A DNA stretch of 48,540 nt, from assembly GCA_020060085.1 (NCBI GenBank), contig JAGVAW010000034.1:1-48540 (forward strand). The letters are read 5' to 3'. The stretch is from Desulfobacterales bacterium. Lineage in GTDB: Bacteria > Desulfobacterota > Desulfobacteria > Desulfobacterales > Desulfatibacillaceae. This document shows, in pieces, positions 43,790 to 48,540 of this stretch (its first letter is position 1; each line of letters starts with the position of its first letter). Below the pieces are notes generated by a model. It did no database searches, had not been told where the DNA came from, and saw only the letters and a list, made by a program, of their open reading frames with translations. Made by a program: the position numbers and the translations under genes.

Positions 43790-45956
43790 TTTTCCGGATT
43801 TTTCATCCATTGCATATAAGCACCCGGACAGCGTGCCGGATAAATTGGCCTGGGAAAAGGCTTTGGACGAAAAGGCCAAAAAGGCCGTTGAAACAAGCTG
43901 GCTTACAAACGAGCAGATTCCCGTAAAGGCTCTCTACACGGCGGATGACACCAAGGATTTGGGGCATCTTGGCTTTGTTTCGGGCATTGCGCCCTTTCTG
44001 CGCGGGCCTTATCCCACAATGTATGTTGTGAGGCCCTGGACTGTGCGCCAGTACGCTGGCTTTTCCACGGCAGAGGAATCCAACGCCTTTTACCGCAGAA
44101 ACCTTGAGGCCGGGCAGATGGGCCTTTCCATTGCCTTTGATCTGGCAACCCACAGGGGATACGACTCGGACCACGAGCGGGTGCTTGGCGATGTGGGCAA
44201 GGCAGGCGTTGCTGTTGACTCCATTCTGGATGCCAAAATCCTCTTTGACGGCATTCCGCTGGATAAAATGTCAGTCTCCATGACCATGAACGGCGCGGTT
44301 CTGCCCATAATGGCCTTTTACATAGTGGCTGCCGAGGAGCAGGGCGTTTCCCACGAAAAACTCACAGGCACCATACAAAACGACATCCTTAAAGAGTACA
44401 TGGTCCGCAACACCTACATATATCCGCCCGAACCGAGCATGCGGATAATCTCCGACATATTCAGATACACCTCCCAGGAGATGCCCAAGTTCAACAGCAT
44501 AAGCATTTCCGGCTACCACATGCAGGAGGCCGGGGCCACGGCGGACATAGAGCTTGGCTACACCTTGGCAGACGGCTACCAGTATGTGAAAACCGGCGTG
44601 GAGTCGGGCCTTGGCATAGATGTTTTCGCGCCCAGGCTCTCCTTTTTCTGGGGCACGGGCATGAACTACTTCATGGAGGTGGCAAAGCTGCGGGCTGGGC
44701 GGCTCCTCTGGGCAAAGCTCATAAAGCGCTTTGATCCCAAAAACGAAAAGTCCATGGCGCTTCGCACCCACACCCAGACTTCGGGCTGGAGCCTCACCGA
44801 GCAGGACCCCTACAACAATGTGGCCCGCACCTGCATTGAGGCAATGGCCGCGGTCATGGGCCACACCCAGAGCCTGCACACCAACTCGCTTGATGAGGCA
44901 ATAGCCCTGCCCACGGACTTTTCCGCTCGAATCGCCCGCAACACGCAGCTCTTCCTCCAGGAGGAGACCGGCATCTGCAAAATAGTTGACCCCTGGGGCG
45001 GCTCATACTTTGTGGAGGCCCTCACAGACCAGCTTGCACGCAAGGCCTGGGCGCACATTGAGGAAATAGAGTCTCTTGGCGGCATGGCAAAGGCCATTGA
45101 AACGGGCCTGCCCAAAATGCGCATCGAGGAGGCCGCGGCCCGCCGCCAGGCCTGGATTGATTCGGGCAAGGAAATTATTGTGGGCGTCAACAAGTACAGG
45201 CCCGATTCAGAAGACCCTGTGGAGGTGCTTGAGGTTGACAACTCGGCAGTGCGCGACCAGCAGCTTGCCCGCCTTGCAAAGCTGCGCAGCCAGCGCGATG
45301 AAGCAAAGGTGCGCCAGACCCTTGACGCAATCACAAATGCAGCCCAAACTGGTACAGGAAACCTTTTGGAATTGGCTGTGGACGCAGCCCGCGCAAGGGC
45401 CTCGCTGGGTGAAATATCCCTTGCCATAGAAAATGTGGTGGGCCGCCACAAGGCTCTTGTGCAAAGCGTTTCCGGCGTTTACTCCAGCGAATTTGTGGAG
45501 GAGAGGGAAGTGGAAAACGTGCGCAAAATGACCGATGCCTTTGCAAAGCGCGAAGGCAGGCGGCCCCGCATAATGGTGGCCAAAATAGGCCAGGACGGCC
45601 ACGACCGGGGCTACAAAGTCATCTCCACAGCCTTTGCAGACATGGGCTTTGATGTGGACATCGGCCCCCTTTTCCAAACCCCGGAGGAAGCTGCCGCCCA
45701 GGCTGTTGAAAACGATGTGGACATTTTAGGCATGAGCTCGCTTGCAGCAGGCCACAAGACCTTTCTGCCTCTCATTGTGGAAGGCCTCAAAAAACGGGGC
45801 CGCGAGGACATAATGGTGGTGGTGGGCGGCGTCATCCCTGCCCAGGACTACGAGTTTTTGCGCGAAAACGGCGCAGCCCTCATCTTTGGCCCAGGCACGG
45901 TAATTCCGGTTGCCGCGGCCAAAATCATGGAAGAGCTTGAAAGAAGAATGGGCTGA
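43782..45956 (+). CDS. mutB: Methylmalonyl-CoA mutase large (alpha) subunit with B12-binding domain
   Basis: Motifs [47 protein letters not shown], and the cobalamin motif [13 protein letters not shown]...GMSSLAAGH. Confidence 0.92.
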   Translation: MSNFPDFSSIAYKHPDSVPDKLAWEKALDEKAKKAVETSWLTNEQIPVKALYTADDTKDLGHLGFVSGIAPFLRGPYPTMYVVRPWTVRQYAGFSTAEESNAFYRRNLEAGQMGLSIAFDLATHRGYDSDHERVLGDVGKAGVAVDSILDAKILFDGIPLDKMSVSMTMNGAVLPIMAFYIVAAEEQGVSHEKLTGTIQNDILKEYMVRNTYIYPPEPSMRIISDIFRYTSQEMPKFNSISISGYHMQEAGATADIELGYTLADGYQYVKTGVESGLGIDVFAPRLSFFWGTGMNYFMEVAKLRAGRLLWAKLIKRFDPKNEKSMALRTHTQTSGWSLTEQDPYNNVARTCIEAMAAVMGHTQSLHTNSLDEAIALPTDFSARIARNTQLFLQEETGICKIVDPWGGSYFVEALTDQLARKAWAHIEEIESLGGMAKAIETGLPKMRIEEAAARRQAWIDSGKEIIVGVNKYRPDSEDPVEVLEVDNSAVRDQQLARLAKLRSQRDEAKVRQTLDAITNAAQTGTGNLLELAVDAARARASLGEISLAIENVVGRHKALVQSVSGVYSSEFVEEREVENVRKMTDAFAKREGRRPRIMVAKIGQDGHDRGYKVISTAFADMGFDVDIGPLFQTPEEAAAQAVENDVDILGMSSLAAGHKTFLPLIVEGLKKRGREDIMVVVGGVIPAQDYEFLRENGAALIFGPGTVIPVAAAKIMEELERRMG

Positions 45957-46014
45957 AAAAAGCTGCGGACAGCCAGCAGAAAAGAAACTGCATCAGCAGC
46001 ATGAGTTAAAAAAG

Positions 46015-46054
46015 CGGGGGAAGGGCCTTTGTTGAAAAAAGCCCTTCCCCCGCA
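46015..46054. terminator. Bidirectional rho-independent-type terminator between convergent mutB and epimerase genes
   Basis: GCGGGGGAAGGGC (46015..46027) and GCCCTTCCCCCGC (46042..46054) form a 13-bp perfect stem. An A-run lies upstream and a T-rich stretch lies downstream. Confidence 0.75.
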
Positions 46055-46083
46055 TTGATTTAATGCTTTTTGCCCAGCCTGCC

Positions 46084-47010
46084 CTACCCCTTGTACTCCA
46101 GCATCCGCGCGATTCCAGAAGCAATATCAAGTTTGGGCGTGAAGTTTAAAAGCTCTTTGGCAAGGCTGTTATCTGCAAGGCTGTGGCGCACCTCGCCGGG
46201 CCGGGCCGGGGCAAATTCGGGCTGCACCTTGCAGTTTAGGGCTTTTGCCAGGATTTCAATAAGCTCAAGAATGCTTGTGGCCCTGCCTGTGCCTATGTTT
46301 ATAATCTCTCCGGCTCCGGCTTTTTTGCTTTCCATTGCCGCAAGGTTTGCAGCCACCACATCATCCACATGAACAAAGTCCCTTGTCTGGCCTCCATCCC
46401 CATAGACTGTGGGCGGCTTTTGCTGGCCCATACGCATCACAAAACGGCTTATTACGCCGGAATACACTGATGAGGGGTCCTGGCGAGGGCCGTAAACATT
46501 GAAATAACGCAGACTGATGGCTTTTATGCCGGAAACGCGGGCAAAAACCCTCATATACTGCTCTGAAGCAGACTTGCTCACAGCATAGGGGGATTCCGGG
46601 GAAGGGTTGAGAGTCTCAACCTGGGGAGAGATTGTTGTCTCGCCGTAAACCGCACAGGAGCTGGCAAAAATTATCCGGCCTGCGCCTGCTTTTTGGGCGG
46701 CGCGCAGCACATTGACGGTTCCGGTAAGGTTTATGTCGTGCACCTTGCCAGGATTAATTACAGACTCCACCACAGAGACAAGGGCTGCCATGTGAAATAT
46801 GCAGTCAACGCCGCTGGCAACTTCCGCCACGCTTTCAAAATCGCGTATATCCCCCACAACAAGCTCAACGGAGTTTTTTATGGCTGCAATGTTTTCCCTG
46901 CAACCAGTGGAAAGGTCGTCAAAAATGACCACCTTATGACCAGCAGCGCAAAGGGCCTCGCACAAATGCGAGCCGATAAAACCGCAACCCCCTGTGACCA
47001 GACAGCGCAT
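46084..47010 (-). CDS. NAD-dependent sugar-nucleotide epimerase/dehydratase (extended SDR, GalE/WbpP-like)
   Basis: Translation MRCLVTGGCGFIGSHLCEAL, catalytic YAVSK, RYFNVYGPRQ and QTRDFVHVDDVV. The ATG at 47010 is preferred over the TTG at 47019. Confidence 0.85.
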   Translation of the reverse strand: MRCLVTGGCGFIGSHLCEALCAAGHKVVIFDDLSTGCRENIAAIKNSVELVVGDIRDFESVAEVASGVDCIFHMAALVSVVESVINPGKVHDINLTGTVNVLRAAQKAGAGRIIFASSCAVYGETTISPQVETLNPSPESPYAVSKSASEQYMRVFARVSGIKAISLRYFNVYGPRQDPSSVYSGVISRFVMRMGQQKPPTVYGDGGQTRDFVHVDDVVAANLAAMESKKAGAGEIINIGTGRATSILELIEILAKALNCKVQPEFAPARPGEVRHSLADNSLAKELLNFTPKLDIASGIARMLEYKG

Positions 47011-47109
47011 AACAGGCAAAACCTTTCAAAAAAACGATTTTTGCGGGGGATAATTTTGCAAAAAAAGCCCAGTCCCCAACAAATTTTTAATCTTCCCAAC
47101 AAAGCGTTT

Positions 47110-48030
47110 TCACCCATTGCCCTGCCACAGGGGGCGCGGGTAAAGGCCCTGGCGGGCAAGCCTGGCAAGGTGTTCTGATACAGTCTTGGAATCCTGCTTG
47201 TATGTAACGCCCACCCAGCGATCCGGGCTTTTAAGGACAGTAACCCTTGCCTGGCCTTGTTTTATCATGGAGTCAACTGCAAAGGGCAGATAAAACTCTG
47301 CCGAGGAATTGCTCGCGTTTTTTAAAAGGAAGGCGGCAAAGTTTTTATTCAACCCTTCAAAGACATCCGGCATAAAGCCCCAGAAATTGAGCGAAACAAC
47401 AGCATCTTTTGAAAGGCTTTTGGGATTGCCGGAGCAGTCCTCACAAAGAATTTGCCCGTCATTGCGGGCAGCAATTTTCTCGTGCTCCTCAATGGAGGCA
47501 AGGCAGCCGGACCCATCGGCCACGCACACGCCCCTGGAAACAGCGCCGTTTTCTGATAAGGTGTTTATAAGGTCAAAGCCCACCATTGCATAGGGGGAGG
47601 GACTTGCTCCAGAATCTGCACCGGCAAGAAAATCCGCCATCTTTTTATAGGCGGCCTGTCCATAGTAGTCATCTGCATTTATTACGCAAAAAGGCCCCTT
47701 TACAAAGTTTCTGGCAGCAAGCACGGCATGGCCCGTGCCCCAGGGTTTTTTGCGGTTTGCCGGGGCAGCAAAACCCTGGGGAAGGTCATCCATTTTCTGG
47801 ACAGCAAGGGATACGGCAAGGCGGCCCTTGTAGCGGCCTTTGACGCTCTGGCCAAACGAGTTTTCCATGCCGGGGGCAATTACAAGCACTAGCGAATCAA
47901 AGCCTGCGGCCAGGGCATCATAAACCGCGTAATCAAGCAGAATCTCGCCATCAGGCCCCATTGCATCCGACTGCTTGGAGCCTCCGTAGCGGCTGCCAAT
48001 TCCTGCGGCCATAACCACAAGTGAGAGCAT
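47110..48030 (-). CDS. Sugar-phosphate nucleotidyltransferase family protein
   Basis: The N-terminal motif MLSLVVMAAGIGSRYGGSKQ resembles the GxGxR nucleotidyltransferase signature. Substrate specificity cannot be read from the sequence. Confidence 0.65.
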   Translation of the reverse strand: MLSLVVMAAGIGSRYGGSKQSDAMGPDGEILLDYAVYDALAAGFDSLVLVIAPGMENSFGQSVKGRYKGRLAVSLAVQKMDDLPQGFAAPANRKKPWGTGHAVLAARNFVKGPFCVINADDYYGQAAYKKMADFLAGADSGASPSPYAMVGFDLINTLSENGAVSRGVCVADGSGCLASIEEHEKIAARNDGQILCEDCSGNPKSLSKDAVVSLNFWGFMPDVFEGLNKNFAAFLLKNASNSSAEFYLPFAVDSMIKQGQARVTVLKSPDRWVGVTYKQDSKTVSEHLARLARQGLYPRPLWQGNG

Positions 48031-48075
48031 TTTACTTCCTTACAGGTTAAATGGGTACAGACAAAAAGGGCAAGG

Positions 48076-48540
48076 TCAGCCTTTTTCCACGGCCCGCACC
48101 ACATTCAAGTTTTTCATGGTTTTAACTGCGTATTCAAGAATATCCTTTGCCGCATCCTGCTCGCAGAGCCATTGGGCATAATCTGCAACGGATTTTTCCG
48201 GCGAAAAGCGCGGCTCCCAATTTAGAGCCTTAATCTTTTCAATGCTGCTCACCGCATGGCGGGTATCGCCAAAGCGATATTGGCCTGGGATTATCGGGGC
48301 CAAAAGCTCCTTACCATGCCGGGTCTCCATCTGCTCTTTAACGATTTTAGCAAATTGAGCCACAGTAAAAGCCCTGCCCCCGCCCACATTGAATACCTGC
48401 CCAACTGCCTTTGGCTCAACAAGGGCAAGCATATTGGCCCTAACAACATCTTCTATGTTCACAAAATCGCGGCACTGGGCACCGTCCTCGTAAATAACCG
48501 GTGCCTGGCCAAAGTGGTAGTGCAGGCAGAAAATGCGGCA
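48076..48540 (-). CDS. NAD-dependent epimerase/dehydratase, C-terminal part (5' end beyond window)
   Basis: Manual translation upstream of the listed ORF stays open to the window edge (CRIFCLHYHFGQAPVIYEDGAQCRDFVNIEDVVRANMLAL). The G-x-Q-x-RDF-V motif is typical of extended SDRs. Confidence 0.8.
   Translation of the reverse strand, partial: CRIFCLHYHFGQAPVIYEDGAQCRDFVNIEDVVRANMLALVEPKAVGQVFNVGGGRAFTVAQFAKIVKEQMETRHGKELLAPIIPGQYRFGDTRHAVSSIEKIKALNWEPRFSPEKSVADYAQWLCEQDAAKDILEYAVKTMKNLNVVRAVEKG

Noticed and set aside
1-48540. Scan for CRISPR arrays, transposase or integrase genes, terminal inverted repeats, tRNA or rRNA genes, and obvious defence or toxin-antitoxin pairs.
   Set aside because: No regularly spaced direct repeats, no transposase or integrase-like translation in the ORF track, and no tRNA-like or rRNA-like segment were recognised. 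The only helicase, the RecD2-like gene, has a housekeeping-type architecture and neighbourhood.

Overview
The window reads as chromosomal DNA from an anaerobic, probably sulfate-reducing deltaproteobacterium-like organism. That placement is inferred from gene content, sigma54 use and a likely selenocysteine codon. All family calls come from motif recognition in the ORF translations, because no searches could be run.

Gene content, left to right:
- **1..2022:** two adjacent acyl-CoA dehydrogenase genes, followed by a strong hairpin terminator.
- **2166..6048, minus strand:** a seven-gene module of poorly characterised metallocluster-type genes. In transcription order these are DUF134, two MinD-ferredoxin ATPases, an IscU-like gene, an FmdB zinc-ribbon gene and two NifX-like genes.
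- **6379..6952:** two DUF5320 glycine-rich genes, divergent from that module. The two divergent promoters carry the same palindrome at +1.
- **7023..20009, minus strand:** a roughly 13 kb operon. In transcription order it encodes a Cys-less TusA-like protein, a DsrK/HdrD-like protein with an in-frame TGA and a downstream hairpin, an MTHFR-like protein, a tandem HdrA, MvhD, MetV and MetF. These are followed by REC, an ACT-like protein, two histidine kinases and a PocR domain protein.
- **20217..24900:** two paralogous PAS-sigma54 activators flanking a hybrid kinase.
- **25154..38524, plus strand:** a second sigma54-driven operon. It encodes a TusA-like paralog, an HdrA/GltD fusion (HdrL-like), MvhD, an FrhB-like protein, a tandem HdrA carrying an inserted CheY-type receiver domain, HdrC, HdrB and two kinases.
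- **38588..48540:** RecD2-like helicase, GmhB-like phosphatase, methylmalonyl-CoA mutase small and large subunits, and three sugar-nucleotide genes.

No rRNA, tRNA, CRISPR array or mobile element was recognised.

The most interesting signals are:
- the receiver domain inserted into HdrA;
- the mirror-image sigma54/TusA-like/Hdr architecture, which is loaded with kinases that lack DNA-binding partners;
- the Sec candidate;
- the shared operator of the DUF134/DUF5320 divergon.
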